A DNA stretch of 64,000 bases, from the NCBI GenBank assembly GCA_018653365.1, contig JABIAG010000001.1, forward strand, positions 260,772 through 324,771. Reading direction: 5' to 3'. The notes under the pieces were generated by a model that saw only the letters and a list, made by a program, of their open reading frames with translations, was not told the origin of the DNA and searched no databases. Of this stretch, positions 1 through 10,192 are shown piece by piece. Source of the DNA: Candidatus Woesearchaeota archaeon (GTDB lineage Archaea > Nanobdellota > Nanobdellia > Woesearchaeales > JABIAG01). Every line of letters begins with the position of its first letter. Within the stretch, counting starts at the first letter, position 1. A program made the position numbers and the translations under genes.

Positions 1-1
1 A

Positions 2-487
2 AATGAAAAAGAAAAAGCAGTAAAAAAATTAAGTCTAGAAATTGAAAACGTATTGGGAAGTTATGAAGAAGAAACAGCACAAATCTATAAAGGATATAAA
101 GGAATTAAAGTCGCATTTGAAAAAATATTTGAAGAAGTAAAAGGAAAAAGTTATTCCTTCTTTAGTCTAGATGATAACGAATTTGGAGAAGGATCAGTAA
201 GATTTTTTCAACAAATTAGTGTGAAACGAGGAGAAATGGGGGTAACAGCCAAAGGTATAGCAAACTTAAGAACAAAAAAACAATTCCTTAAAATAATGGG
301 ACATATACCAAGTTATGATGTAAGATTTTCTAAATTAAACCTGCCTTCATCAGTAACTTTCACAAAAAAAAGAGTTTTAATTACCCTTTGGGAAGGAAGC
401 CCAATTGGATTTGAAATAGTATCCGAACGAGTAGCAAAAAAATATCAAGAATTATTTGATGAAATTTGGAATCAATCCCCTAAGTAA
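2..487 (+). CDS. TrmB-family transcriptional regulator, C-terminal part (5' end outside window)
   Basis: The reading frame is open back to window base 2. The C-terminal region resembles the C-terminal domain of the TrmB-like protein at 6643..7365 (shared ...G.P.G..I.....Y...FD.IW.Q motif). Confidence 0.5.
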   Translation, partial: NEKEKAVKKLSLEIENVLGSYEEETAQIYKGYKGIKVAFEKIFEEVKGKSYSFFSLDDNEFGEGSVRFFQQISVKRGEMGVTAKGIANLRTKKQFLKIMGHIPSYDVRFSKLNLPSSVTFTKKRVLITLWEGSPIGFEIVSERVAKKYQELFDEIWNQSPK

Positions 488-1203
488 GCTTCTAATACTT
501 TCTTGTTATTTCTTATTTGATCGGGAGTGCCTTCAGCAATAACCTTGCCATTGTCTAAAACGATAACGTGATCAGCAATGTTTAATGTAAAGTTCATATC
601 ATGTTCTATAAGTAAGATTGTGTCCCCTTGTTGTTTTAGTTGTTTGATAACTCTAGAAATGGTGTTTCTTAATTTTGGATTAACGCCTGCAACAGGCTCA
701 TCTAACATTAACAATTTATGAGGATTAAGAATAGATCTTGCTATCTCAATTAAACGCTTCTGACCAAAACTAAGATCCGAAGACTTCTTATTTTTATGTT
801 GAGACATGTTAACAAGTTTTAGAATAGAGTTAATTGTTGATTTGTTATCTGGATTGTTTCTGTTAAGAAAATTCTTCCAAAACTTAGTATCTTCCTGGTT
901 TAGTGCTAATTCCAGGTTTTCTTCAATAGTTAAATTGCTAAATAAACGTGATTGTTGAAATAATCTAGAAATGCCTTTATTAGAAATTTGTTCAACTGAT
1001 AGGTTGGTTAGATTTTCTTTATTGAACTTGATGTTTCCAGAATCAGGTTTGATAATGCCCGAGATAAGATCAAATAATGTAGATTTACCAGATCCATTAG
1101 GACCGATTAGTGCAGTTATTGTGTTGGGCTTAATCTCAAAACTACACCCATCAACGGCTTTGACCCCACCAAAATGTTTTTTTAGATTAGATATTTGTAG
1201 CAT
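472..1203 (-). CDS. ABC transporter ATP-binding protein (branched-chain amino acid LivG/LivF-like)
   Basis: Walker A GPNGSGKST, ABC signature LSFGQKR, Walker B LLMLDEP and H-loop. Confidence 0.9.
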   Translation of the reverse strand: MLQISNLKKHFGGVKAVDGCSFEIKPNTITALIGPNGSGKSTLFDLISGIIKPDSGNIKFNKENLTNLSVEQISNKGISRLFQQSRLFSNLTIEENLELALNQEDTKFWKNFLNRNNPDNKSTINSILKLVNMSQHKNKKSSDLSFGQKRLIEIARSILNPHKLLMLDEPVAGVNPKLRNTISRVIKQLKQQGDTILLIEHDMNFTLNIADHVIVLDNGKVIAEGTPDQIRNNKKVLEAYLGD

Positions 1204-1204
1204 T

Positions 1205-2077
1205 TTAATCTAACTCCACCCTACCAAAGAGCCCTTTGGGGCGGTAGATTAAGATTAGTAAGAGTAATAATGCGTAGATAATTTGTCTCATTGGACCAAC
1301 TATTGAAGAGGGAAAACCAATGAACCTAAGTGGTTCTGGTAAAAGCACCAAAATAAACGTGGCAATAAAAGTACCTTTCAAGGAAGCTAATCCTCCAATA
1401 ATAACAATAGCAACAATCGGAATAATCTGTAAAAGTGTGAATGAAGAAGGATCAATAAACGTAATATAATGAGCGTATAATGATCCGGCTATACCTGCAA
1501 AGAACGCTGAAATACCCATAGCATACATTTTCATCTTAAATGTATTCTTACCCAAAGTCTTACTTGCCAACTCATCATCTCTAATAGATTCTAAAACTTT
1601 ACCAAACGGAGAGTTAACAATTTGTCTAATCACAAAATAAGTTATTGCTGCAATTATGGCAGTAAATATAAGAAATGAGAAATTGTTAGCGATAACAAAA
1701 CCAAAAAAGTTAGGTTTGGTAATACCTGGAATACCTAAAGGACCTCGAGTAAGCGAAACCCAGTTGAGTAATATCGCGTATATAACAAAAGAAAACCCCA
1801 ATGTAGCTAATGCCAGATAATCACCTTTAAGTTTGTTTAAAGGTAATGAAAGTAAAAAACCAAATAACATTGTGACAATACCTGCTGAAAGAAACGCAAT
1901 CAAGAATGGAACTCCATTCATCACCATTAAAGCAGAAGTATAAGCACCAATACCAAAAAAAGCAATATGTCCAATGTTAAGTAAACCCGAATAACCAATT
2001 GTTAACTGTAATGAAATTGCTAAAATAAGGTAAATGCCAACTAATATGGCTAAGTGAATAAAATACGCTTCTATCAT
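1205..2077 (-). CDS. ABC transporter permease (LivM-like)
   Basis: Polytopic membrane protein. Its stop is 2 nt from the ATPase start, as expected for an operon. Confidence 0.8.
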   Translation of the reverse strand: MIEAYFIHLAILVGIYLILAISLQLTIGYSGLLNIGHIAFFGIGAYTSALMVMNGVPFLIAFLSAGIVTMLFGFLLSLPLNKLKGDYLALATLGFSFVIYAILLNWVSLTRGPLGIPGITKPNFFGFVIANNFSFLIFTAIIAAITYFVIRQIVNSPFGKVLESIRDDELASKTLGKNTFKMKMYAMGISAFFAGIAGSLYAHYITFIDPSSFTLLQIIPIVAIVIIGGLASLKGTFIATFILVLLPEPLRFIGFPSSIVGPMRQIIYALLLLLILIYRPKGLFGRVELD

Positions 2078-2117
2078 ATTATATTTGTTACATAATTAGT
2101 TAATAAACCTTTGGAAA

Positions 2118-3176
2118 TTATTCTAAGGTAATTGATTTTCCATCAACCATCTTTTTGGTGATGGCTTCAGTAACAAATGTGCCCTCAGAATCAACATAAA
2201 AAGAACCCATTGCTCCTTTAAATTGATCTAATTCCATTAATTTAGTGGCTGCAATTTCAGAACCAATTAGGTTATCCTTTTCAACAAATATTTGACCTAA
2301 AACTTTTACAATGTCGTAAGCATTACCTGAAAAAACTCTTGGTGCATTTCCGAATTCAGATTCAAATTTGTCTTTAAACTCTTCTGTGGGTTCTGCAGCA
2401 TTAATGAACCAATTATCATTATACAATTCTGGTTCATCAGTATAGTCTGGGCTTTCAATAGTAACAACTGGAATGTCAAGACCAAGTTCAATTCTCTGTT
2501 TCAATATTAATTCAAATTCAGGACTAATTGCACTAAAAAAAACTATTTCAGGATCGGATTCTTTAATTTTGTTCCAAATAGTTTTGAAATCTTTTTCTCC
2601 TTGCGTGAATTTTTCTTCTAAAAGAACTCGAATATTATTCTTTTCCAATTCATTAAATACTTCATTTCTAATTGCTATTCCACCTTCTTGATTCATAGTA
2701 ATTACAGATATTTTAGTAATGTTATCTTCGTTTAATTTTTCAACTAATTTTTTTGCTTGAGATTTAGGGGGAGTCCAATGGTTAAAATTTAAACTTCCTA
2801 ATGTTGCAATATCTGCACTTGCAATTCCTACATGCAAAATATTATTTTCTTGTGCTATTGGTGCAATAACGGTTCCAACAGGAGAACCAAGACTAATAAT
2901 TGCATTAACATCATTAATATTAATTAATTTATTAACATTATTGATCGCTTTTGAAGGTTCAAACATATCATCTTCAAAAATTAATTCAATTTTAATATCT
3001 GAATTCGTATTGAATTCCTCTGCAGCTAAGTTCATAGCTTCTTGACTACTTTCACCAATAAAAGCTAAACTTCCAGTTAAAGGAAGTGTAACACCTAACT
3101 TAATAGTTTCCTGATTATTGCAACCAATTAACGTAATGAGTGTTAGTAATAATAAAATTGTTATTAACTTTTTCAT
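2118..3176 (-). CDS. ABC transporter substrate-binding lipoprotein (Liv/amide family), paralog 1
   Basis: Signal peptide MKKLITILLLLTLITLIGC with a lipobox Cys, and a periplasmic-binding-protein type I fold pattern. Confidence 0.8.
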   Translation of the reverse strand: MKKLITILLLLTLITLIGCNNQETIKLGVTLPLTGSLAFIGESSQEAMNLAAEEFNTNSDIKIELIFEDDMFEPSKAINNVNKLININDVNAIISLGSPVGTVIAPIAQENNILHVGIASADIATLGSLNFNHWTPPKSQAKKLVEKLNEDNITKISVITMNQEGGIAIRNEVFNELEKNNIRVLLEEKFTQGEKDFKTIWNKIKESDPEIVFFSAISPEFELILKQRIELGLDIPVVTIESPDYTDEPELYNDNWFINAAEPTEEFKDKFESEFGNAPRVFSGNAYDIVKVLGQIFVEKDNLIGSEIAATKLMELDQFKGAMGSFYVDSEGTFVTEAITKKMVDGKSITLE

Positions 3177-3370
3177 TGTATCACCTTTTTATTTAATTAG
3201 TTGGATACTTTTAAACCTTTTGATTTTATTTTTCTTTTTAATACCTAAAATTTTTGTGGGTTTTAAAATAAGTATGATTAAGAATAAAATAAAAAAGTTA
3301 GAACAAAATAATAATATTTTGATACACAATACATATTTCCTGGCCAAAGAGTATTGTTTTGGGAATAGAT

Positions 3371-4456
3371 TTATTCTATAGGAACAAATTCTCCATCTTT
3401 AACAACATAAATGGAATAACTCTTACCCACCGTATCTCCATTCTCATCAAAATTAGTAATGCCAGACGCACCTCTCCAATCTTTCAGATCATATAGCCAG
3501 CCTTTAGCTTGTTCAACGTCACCCTCATTTTCAAGTAAAGCTTCTAAACTTAAAACAACACAATCATAAAGACCTGAAGCAAAATATCCTGGTTCAACTC
3601 CAAATTTCGCATCATGTGCTTCAAGGAATTCAGTTAATTCTGGAGATTCAGGATCTACATAATAAGGAAAACTAATGCCCTCTGCTAGTTCTAAGCTTTC
3701 ATCATCAGAAATAGAAATAAGAGTCTCAGAAGCAACTAAAGGCAAGTCCAATCCTAGTTCTTTAATTTCTTTTAAAATTGTCGGATAATGATGTGCAATA
3801 ATCAGTAACACTTCAGGATCAGCACGTTTAATCTTATTAAGTTCTGTTTTGAAATTTGTTGATTTAACTTCAAAACTTTCAGCAATAACAACTTCACCAC
3901 CATTTTCAACAATTCTATCCTTGACAACCTCACTAATTCCAGTACCATAATCATTTAAGATATTCAAAATTGCGATTTTTTCATAACCCTGTTCAGAGAT
4001 GAAATCTGCAAGATCATTACCCTGATACAAATCAGAAGGATAAACTCTAAAAATATAATCTCCTGCATAAGTAATATCTGGATGACTGCCTCCCCCAATT
4101 AAAAGAACCTTATTTTCTTCAATAATTGGAGCCATGGCAAGAATTTCACCAGAACTTCCTGGAATAATAGCTTTAACTCTATCTACATTTATTAATTTTT
4201 GAGCAGCAATGACTGCTTCAGCAGATTCTAGTTGAGAATCCTCAAGAATAAGTTCGACCTCAACGTTGTATTTATCTTCAATCTTTTCAACTCCTAGTGC
4301 AAGTGCTTTTTCCCAGGCTACACCATAATCTGAAGCCGGACCGGTTAAAGGAAGAATGGCTCCAAGTTTAATTGTTTCCTTTTCTTCAACTTCATTAGAA
4401 CAACCTATAAGAGTAATTAATGTAAGTAATAATAAAATAGTTATTAGTTTTTTCAT
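3371..4456 (-). CDS. ABC transporter substrate-binding lipoprotein, paralog 2
   Basis: N-terminal 19 aa identical to paralog 1, then a divergent mature domain of the same PBP type I class. Confidence 0.8.
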   Translation of the reverse strand: MKKLITILLLLTLITLIGCSNEVEEKETIKLGAILPLTGPASDYGVAWEKALALGVEKIEDKYNVEVELILEDSQLESAEAVIAAQKLINVDRVKAIIPGSSGEILAMAPIIEENKVLLIGGGSHPDITYAGDYIFRVYPSDLYQGNDLADFISEQGYEKIAILNILNDYGTGISEVVKDRIVENGGEVVIAESFEVKSTNFKTELNKIKRADPEVLLIIAHHYPTILKEIKELGLDLPLVASETLISISDDESLELAEGISFPYYVDPESPELTEFLEAHDAKFGVEPGYFASGLYDCVVLSLEALLENEGDVEQAKGWLYDLKDWRGASGITNFDENGDTVGKSYSIYVVKDGEFVPIE

Positions 4457-4505
4457 GGTATCACCTTTATGTTCTACTATTAAAGCATTATTAAATCTTG
4501 TGATA

Positions 4506-5378
4506 TTAATCTTTCTTTTTAATCCCTAAAATGCCTGTAGGCTTGAAGATAAGGAAAATGAATAAGATAATAAAAGCAATAGCATCCTTGTAACCTGAGG
4601 GAAGCCACCAAATACCATAATTCTCAGCAAAGCCAAGTAAGAAAGAACCAAGAACTGCCCCCGGTACAGAACCAATACCCCCAATGATTGCACCAGTAAA
4701 ACCTTTAATGATGAGATTAGTACCCATTGTTGGCTCTAAATTTTGTTCTAATCCAATGAGTATTCCTGCAACACCAGCAATGGCAGAACCTAAAGTCATG
4801 GCCCACATATAAATACGTTCAGAAGATATGCCCACAATGGCAGCTACATCTTTATTATCAGAAACTGCCCTCATAGCTTTACCAATTCGAGTTTTCTTCA
4901 TAAAAAAGTATACGCCGATAAGTAAAATTGCTGCTACAACAACTATAACAATTTGCAAAGGAGTTATGATCGCTCCAGCAAACTCTAACCCTTTAGCAAC
5001 CTTAAGATAACCAATAGTCTTAACATCCGCCCCAAAAGAGAGAAGAATTATAGACTCTAATAAAATAAGAAGTGCAAAACTAGCAATAAGCAAGATTACA
5101 TTAGATGCTTTCTTTATTCTAAGTTGTTTGTAAATATGGTGCATTCCATAACCTAGTAATGAGGCACATAAAACTGCTAAAATTACTGAGAAACCAAAAT
5201 TAATACTTAATAATGAAAAGAATAAGTAAAGAAAATATGCAGAGAACGCAACAGTAACACCATGTGCAAAGTGAATTACTTTAGATGTAGAATAAATTAA
5301 AGAAAAACCCGCAGCAACCAATGCATAAATAGCTCCAGCAATTAATCCATTAACAAATAGTTGTGCAACAATACCCAT
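4506..5378 (-). CDS. ABC transporter permease (LivH-like)
   Basis: Hydrophobic polytopic protein with a Gly-rich LivH-like C-terminus (GFTGAIIGGIGSVPGAVLG). Confidence 0.8.
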   Translation of the reverse strand: MGIVAQLFVNGLIAGAIYALVAAGFSLIYSTSKVIHFAHGVTVAFSAYFLYLFFSLLSINFGFSVILAVLCASLLGYGMHHIYKQLRIKKASNVILLIASFALLILLESIILLSFGADVKTIGYLKVAKGLEFAGAIITPLQIVIVVVAAILLIGVYFFMKKTRIGKAMRAVSDNKDVAAIVGISSERIYMWAMTLGSAIAGVAGILIGLEQNLEPTMGTNLIIKGFTGAIIGGIGSVPGAVLGSFLLGFAENYGIWWLPSGYKDAIAFIILFIFLIFKPTGILGIKKKD

Positions 5379-5442
5379 GATGTAAAATAAAAACTTGGGT
5401 TAATAAATTTTACTTAAAAAAAAGAATAAAAAAATAAAAAAG

Positions 5443-6528
5443 TTAGGAAAGATCTGTGATCTTTCCATTAACAATTTTTTTCACTGCAAACGTTTTGGTG
5501 AAAGCACCAGTTCCATCAGATACTAAGTGTCCAGAAACACCATCATAAACCTTGATGTTGTTTAAGTACTCACTTAAAACAGTTGTATCTTCTGAATTAG
5601 TAGCTTCCATTGCCTCAGCAATCATCATAACTGCATCGTAAGCAGATGAAGCACCAATATCAATTGGAATGTTATACTTGGTTTCGTAAGCAGTCTTGAA
5701 TTCTTCAGTTGGTGTTAATGAAGTTAAAAATTCCATTTCTTCATAAGCACCTTCTGCAGCATCAATAACGTCCTGATCCATTGTAATACAATAAACTGGA
5801 AGCGCAACACCAAGTTCTCTAACTTTTTTAACAACTAAAGTTCCAATCATTATCCCATCCGTTGTTGATACAATTGCATCAATGTTAGCATTCTTAATTT
5901 TCAATGCTTCACTATTGACGTTCTTATTTGTAGTAACGGGTTCAACTAAAACTTCAATAGTTCCTCCCAACTCCTCAAATCTTGCTTTAAACGCGTTAGT
6001 TTGTTCTTTAACCCAAACTTCTTCAGCTCCAATTAAAGCAATTCTTCTATGGCCTTTACTATACACTCGGTCTGCTAATTCTGCAGAAAGGATGTAATCG
6101 TGTGGCCAAGTATTGAACAAATAATCACTTTCTTCATTAAACTCTGCTTTTCCTAATGAAGGAGAGACCATTAAAACCTCTTTCTCATGTGCCAAATTTT
6201 TTAATGGAAGTCCTGTATGAGACCAGGTAGTTCCAATAACAATATCTATATCTTTAACTTCAGTAAGTTGTTGAAACGCACTTAAAGCATGTTTAGCATC
6301 ACTTTGATCATCTTGATGGTCAACAACAAGTGTTTTACCATTTATTCCACCATTGTTATTGATTTTTTCAAGGGCCATATCAATGCCGTTCATTGAGGCA
6401 GTACCCCATGCAGCGCCAGATCCGGAAAGAATCAATATGCTACCAATTTTGATTTCTTCTTTGCTATTGGAACAACCACTAAATATGATTAAGGTTAGTA
6501 CCAAAAGCAAAAACATTTTTTTTATCAT
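5443..6528 (-). CDS. ABC transporter substrate-binding lipoprotein, paralog 3
   Basis: Start moved to the internal Met (MIKKMFLLLVLTLIIFSGC) at 6528, which is preceded by a GAGGTGA SD-like motif. The upstream extension in the ORF track has no signal peptide. Confidence 0.75.
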   Translation of the reverse strand: MIKKMFLLLVLTLIIFSGCSNSKEEIKIGSILILSGSGAAWGTASMNGIDMALEKINNNGGINGKTLVVDHQDDQSDAKHALSAFQQLTEVKDIDIVIGTTWSHTGLPLKNLAHEKEVLMVSPSLGKAEFNEESDYLFNTWPHDYILSAELADRVYSKGHRRIALIGAEEVWVKEQTNAFKARFEELGGTIEVLVEPVTTNKNVNSEALKIKNANIDAIVSTTDGIMIGTLVVKKVRELGVALPVYCITMDQDVIDAAEGAYEEMEFLTSLTPTEEFKTAYETKYNIPIDIGASSAYDAVMMIAEAMEATNSEDTTVLSEYLNNIKVYDGVSGHLVSDGTGAFTKTFAVKKIVNGKITDLS

Positions 6529-6642
6529 ATTATCACCTCTTTTGTTACTACCTAGTGAGCCGAGGAAGATATATAAGAACTCCCTCTCCATAAATGGAGG
6601 AGAAAGAAAAGATTTAAATAGGGGGTTGGTTGATTAATTAGT

Positions 6643-7365
6643 ATGGATATTACAATACTAGAAGACTTAGGGTTCACAAACGCGGAAATTAAAATTTATC
6701 TTGCATTGCTCGAGCTTGGAACTTCAACAGCAGGTCCAATAATAGAAAAATCCGGACTCCAAAGTTCTGTTGTACATATGACGTTAAACAAGTTGGTTAC
6801 CAAAGGATTTGTTTCCTTTGTAAAAGAGGGACAAAGAAACCATTATCAAGCAACAAACCCCGAACATATTTCAACATATATTGATGAAAAGAAAAAACAA
6901 TTTGAACAAATCTTACCTGAATTGTTAATAAAACAACAATTAGCTAAACAAAAATTTGAAATGACTGCATTTCGCGGAATTAAAGGAGTAAAAGAATTGT
7001 TATTAGAACTGTTGGAAGCAGGGGGTAAAGAACATCACACCTTTGGATCATCAAAAAAATCATTAATGCTGGGGGAATCATTCTGGTTAAATTACCACAA
7101 AAGAAGATTAGAAAAAGGGATTTTTGCTAAATTATTGTTTAATGAATCTCTGAGAACTTGGTGTAAAAAGAACAAGTATGGAAATGTACAATATAGATTT
7201 ACAAAAAAAGGATTTGAACCATTAACAGAAACAATAATTCGAGCAGATAAAGTGGGCATAATAATCTGGTTAGAAACTCCCCTAGGAGTTCTGATTCAAG
7301 ACAAAATTGCAGCAGAATCATATGATAAATTTTTTGATATGATTTGGGCACAGGCAAAATCTTAA
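6643..7365 (+). CDS. TrmB-family transcriptional regulator
   Basis: N-terminal TrmB-type winged HTH (LGFTNAEIKIYLALLELG...). Divergent from the ABC operon. Confidence 0.7.
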   Translation: MDITILEDLGFTNAEIKIYLALLELGTSTAGPIIEKSGLQSSVVHMTLNKLVTKGFVSFVKEGQRNHYQATNPEHISTYIDEKKKQFEQILPELLIKQQLAKQKFEMTAFRGIKGVKELLLELLEAGGKEHHTFGSSKKSLMLGESFWLNYHKRRLEKGIFAKLLFNESLRTWCKKNKYGNVQYRFTKKGFEPLTETIIRADKVGIIIWLETPLGVLIQDKIAAESYDKFFDMIWAQAKS

Positions 7366-7384
7366 ACTTTTTTATGAGTTTAAC

Positions 7385-7984
7385 TTACTTAAAACAGATT
7401 AAACCAACTCTACTACCATATGGAATCGAATTTGGTGATGTGTCCTTCTGAATCCAATGAATTGTTTCATTAGCATTTTCTGCAGTTTCAAAAACATTAA
7501 TCCCAAAAGCCTCCATGGCAGGAAGTGCTTTTGATTCTTGAGAACAGCAACCTTTTTCTAAAAGTTGACAAGGAACATCTTTACAAAATACTTTTTTACA
7601 GGGACCTGCAGCAAGAAGTAAAAATTCAAAGTGTCCATCTTCTTTAAGTTTAGTTTTTAATTCGTTTAATAAATTGTAAAGAATTAATTGACTTTTTTGA
7701 GAGTGTCCTTGTTTATGACCTTCCCAGGTTAATTCTTTGCTTGGAACTTTAATAAAAACTAAGTATGCGTCCTTAAATTGTTTTATTTGGTGTTTACCCT
7801 CTTTGTTAAAATTGTTCTTCTCATTAGGACAATGACCACTGATATTTGCTAATTCACAATGATTTAAGCACCAATCTAAAACAGATTTGTTATAAAATTC
7901 TGAAAAAGAGATCTTTGAAGTAGATAAGGGAACGATGTTTAAATCATATTCTTCTGGAATTTGAGTTTTTACTTCAATCATCAA
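7385..7984 (-). CDS. Cys-rich hypothetical protein (possible metal/Fe-S binding)
   Basis: Clustered cysteines: CLNHCELANISGHC and PCKKVFCKDVPCQLLEKGCC. Confidence 0.35.
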   Translation of the reverse strand: MMIEVKTQIPEEYDLNIVPLSTSKISFSEFYNKSVLDWCLNHCELANISGHCPNEKNNFNKEGKHQIKQFKDAYLVFIKVPSKELTWEGHKQGHSQKSQLILYNLLNELKTKLKEDGHFEFLLLAAGPCKKVFCKDVPCQLLEKGCCSQESKALPAMEAFGINVFETAENANETIHWIQKDTSPNSIPYGSRVGLICFK

Positions 7985-8060
7985 GTGTAGAAGGGTTAAG
8001 CATATTTAATCTTTCTCATATTAACAACCTTTAAATACTTGTTTTTTCACTTTGAATTAA

Positions 8061-8624
8061 ATGGTATTTGAATCACTATTCGATCTGTTCCAGGGACAAA
8101 TAGATTTTTTTGCAGGATTATTTACTAGATTGATGATTGCAGCAATAGTTCTAATTGTAGGTTTGGTAATTGGACGACTTGCAGGTAATTTCACTAAACG
8201 AATCTTAACAGAGATAGAATTAAGTAAAGTTTTAAAGAAAACTACTAAACTAGAAACTAATGTAGAGGGCACAATAGGTCAGATAGTAAGTTACATAATA
8301 TACTTTTTTGCAGTACTAATGGCATTAAGTCAGTTAGGAATAACAACTACTGTGTTGACCGTAATTGCAATCGGAGTTGTGGTAGTAATTGTATTAGCAT
8401 TTGTTATGGGAGTTAAAGATTCCATCCCTAATATGATTGCAGGCATAATGATTAACAAAAATAAATTGTTTAAAGAGGGAGATGTAATTGACGTAGCAGG
8501 AGTAAAAGGAAAAGTGGTCCATTTAAAACTAATAGAAACCGAAATAAAAAGTAAAAAAGATAGCATATTCATTCCAAATTCTACTATATTAAAAAACAGT
8601 TTGAAAATAGTGAAAAAAAGTTAA
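8061..8624 (+). CDS. small mechanosensitive channel, MscS family
   Basis: Three TM helices followed by an MscS-like beta domain (GDVIDVAGVKGKVVHLKLIETEI). Confidence 0.55.
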   Translation: MVFESLFDLFQGQIDFFAGLFTRLMIAAIVLIVGLVIGRLAGNFTKRILTEIELSKVLKKTTKLETNVEGTIGQIVSYIIYFFAVLMALSQLGITTTVLTVIAIGVVVVIVLAFVMGVKDSIPNMIAGIMINKNKLFKEGDVIDVAGVKGKVVHLKLIETEIKSKKDSIFIPNSTILKNSLKIVKKS

Positions 8625-9394
8625 AATTGTTTTGTAAATTTTATGATCTTTTTCATATTATTGAGTCCAACATGTTTTTCAAAATACTTCTCAGAAGGCA
8701 TTCGTTTAGGAACATGAGATGCACTAGTGTGAACTATTAATAATTCTTTGATTTTCTTCTTGAAATATGCCTCTTCTTCATTAGCACAAACCAGTTCATC
8801 ATTTTCATTAATAAGTAAAATGGGGGGCTTCTTTTTGAACTTAATTGGTTCTTTGTTAGTTAAAAGGATCCAAGCAACCTCAAAGAAAGATCGAGCATCC
8901 ATTGTTCTAAGCATTCGAGTTACACGTCCTGCTAAATTGTTTTTAGTAAGAAGTTTTTTGAAATAAGGGCTATACCAAAACCATTTGTATAATTTAAATG
9001 TGTGAATAAATTTAATTACAATTAAATCTGTAATTTTATTAAGAAAACTCTCTTTAACTTCATTAATGTTAAGATATGGTTCAATAGCAAAAATACCTTT
9101 ACATTTTTTAGACTTTCTTACATGATTAGCAAGTAAAAAACCAAAAGATAATCCACCCAACCAATATTCGTCAAGATTAAGTTTTTTAATCTGATCATTA
9201 ACGTAAGCAACATAATTATCAAGAGATATTTTCTTTAGGGGAGGTACTTGTTTAGAAAAACCTGGAAGATCAATGAAATGAAGTGAGACAAATCTATTTA
9301 GGAAACTAATTAAGTGTTTTAGTTCAAAACTATTAGTGGCAAACCCAGAAATTAGTATGAAATTAGACTTCATTAAGTGATGTTTTGAAAACAC
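8621..9394 (-). CDS. alpha/beta hydrolase fold protein
   Basis: GLSFG nucleophile elbow (GxSxG) and overall alpha/beta-hydrolase spacing. Confidence 0.5.
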   Translation of the reverse strand: MFSKHHLMKSNFILISGFATNSFELKHLISFLNRFVSLHFIDLPGFSKQVPPLKKISLDNYVAYVNDQIKKLNLDEYWLGGLSFGFLLANHVRKSKKCKGIFAIEPYLNINEVKESFLNKITDLIVIKFIHTFKLYKWFWYSPYFKKLLTKNNLAGRVTRMLRTMDARSFFEVAWILLTNKEPIKFKKKPPILLINENDELVCANEEEAYFKKKIKELLIVHTSASHVPKRMPSEKYFEKHVGLNNMKKIIKFTKQF

Positions 9395-9421
9395 ATATTT
9401 AAATGTTTATAATAAAAGACG

Positions 9422-9667
9422 TTATAGGTCTAATTGTTCAATGGAACTCGCAATATCTAATATTTGAACTCTAATCCCTGCTTCTATGTTGTTACCATTA
9501 CTTTCTAATTCTTCTAATTCATTACAACATTTATTCTTTTTAACATTAACATCTTCATCAGCGTTAAGAATGTTAAGAATTTTATTTAATGTAGCAGAAA
9601 CATTTTTTGGAAGAGTGTTTTCTTCAATAACATAACCTACGAATTCAATCAGTTCATTTACTTTCAT
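9422..9667 (-). CDS. small hypothetical protein (UPF0147-like)
   Basis: 81-aa ORF immediately downstream of prefoldin beta. Contains an ...PKNV...L..IL..L motif resembling archaeal UPF0147. Confidence 0.35.
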   Translation of the reverse strand: MKVNELIEFVGYVIEENTLPKNVSATLNKILNILNADEDVNVKKNKCCNELEELESNGNNIEAGIRVQILDIASSIEQLDL

Positions 9668-9977
9668 TTTTAGTCTCTTTCATAATCTCATTTCTAAGTT
9701 CATCTGCTTTTTCTTTGAGTTTTCTTTCCTGAGTTTCAAGAGTTTTAATTCGTAAATTTAATTCTTCGTTTTTAGTAGAAAGTTCTTTTTGTAAATCCTC
9801 TTTGCTTGTAGAAAGCATAACTCCACCAAGAATTTTATAACTTTCTTTAGAAGTTTCAAGTTCTTTAAGTGCGGACTCAGTTTCAATAATTGCTTGTTGA
9901 AATTGTTGTTTTTGCATGAGAAATTGTTGAAGGTTTTGTTCGATTAATTGCATTTGTTGCATATTTTCTGCGTTCAT
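9654..9977 (-). CDS. pfdB: prefoldin beta subunit
   Basis: Coiled-coil, Q/E-rich ~107 aa protein with the central ILGGVMLSTSKED beta-hairpin motif. Confidence 0.8.
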   Translation of the reverse strand: MNAENMQQMQLIEQNLQQFLMQKQQFQQAIIETESALKELETSKESYKILGGVMLSTSKEDLQKELSTKNEELNLRIKTLETQERKLKEKADELRNEIMKETKNESK

Positions 9978-10192
9978 TGTATCTCCTTAACTTTGTGAAA
10001 AACACTTAACATTTGAGTTAATGAATTTAGAGTAGCTCTTAAAGCCACTGCATCATTAGCTTCGATCTTAAAAGTTAGCTTATCTGTTTTTTCAATTTCG
10101 ATTGTTGATCGTAATTGTTTTCTGATTTCAGGTTGAATTGCTTTGTAAAGTTCTTCAACATTTTCATCAATAGTAATAATTGCACTGATCAT
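9974..10192 (-). CDS. pcc1: KEOPS complex subunit Pcc1
   Basis: ANDAVALRATLNS motif matches the archaeal Pcc1 consensus. Position between rpoP and pfdB is conserved in archaea. Confidence 0.65.
   Translation of the reverse strand: MISAIITIDENVEELYKAIQPEIRKQLRSTIEIEKTDKLTFKIEANDAVALRATLNSLTQMLSVFHKVKEIQ

Noticed and set aside
971-1213. 80-aa plus-strand ORF inside the ABC ATPase gene (one of many short antisense ORFs in the track)
   Set aside because: It lies wholly antisense to a well-supported conserved gene, and its low-complexity translation is typical of an AT-rich antisense frame. The same reasoning applies to 2306..2491, 2473..2691, 4828..5010, 5882..6097, 8330..8572, 11753..11998, 18237..18644 and 53523..53798.
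6529-6591. Extended N-terminus MEREFLYIFLGSLGSNKRGDN of the third substrate-binding protein
   Set aside because: The signal peptide and lipobox start at the internal Met, which has a GAGGTGA SD. The extension lacks one.
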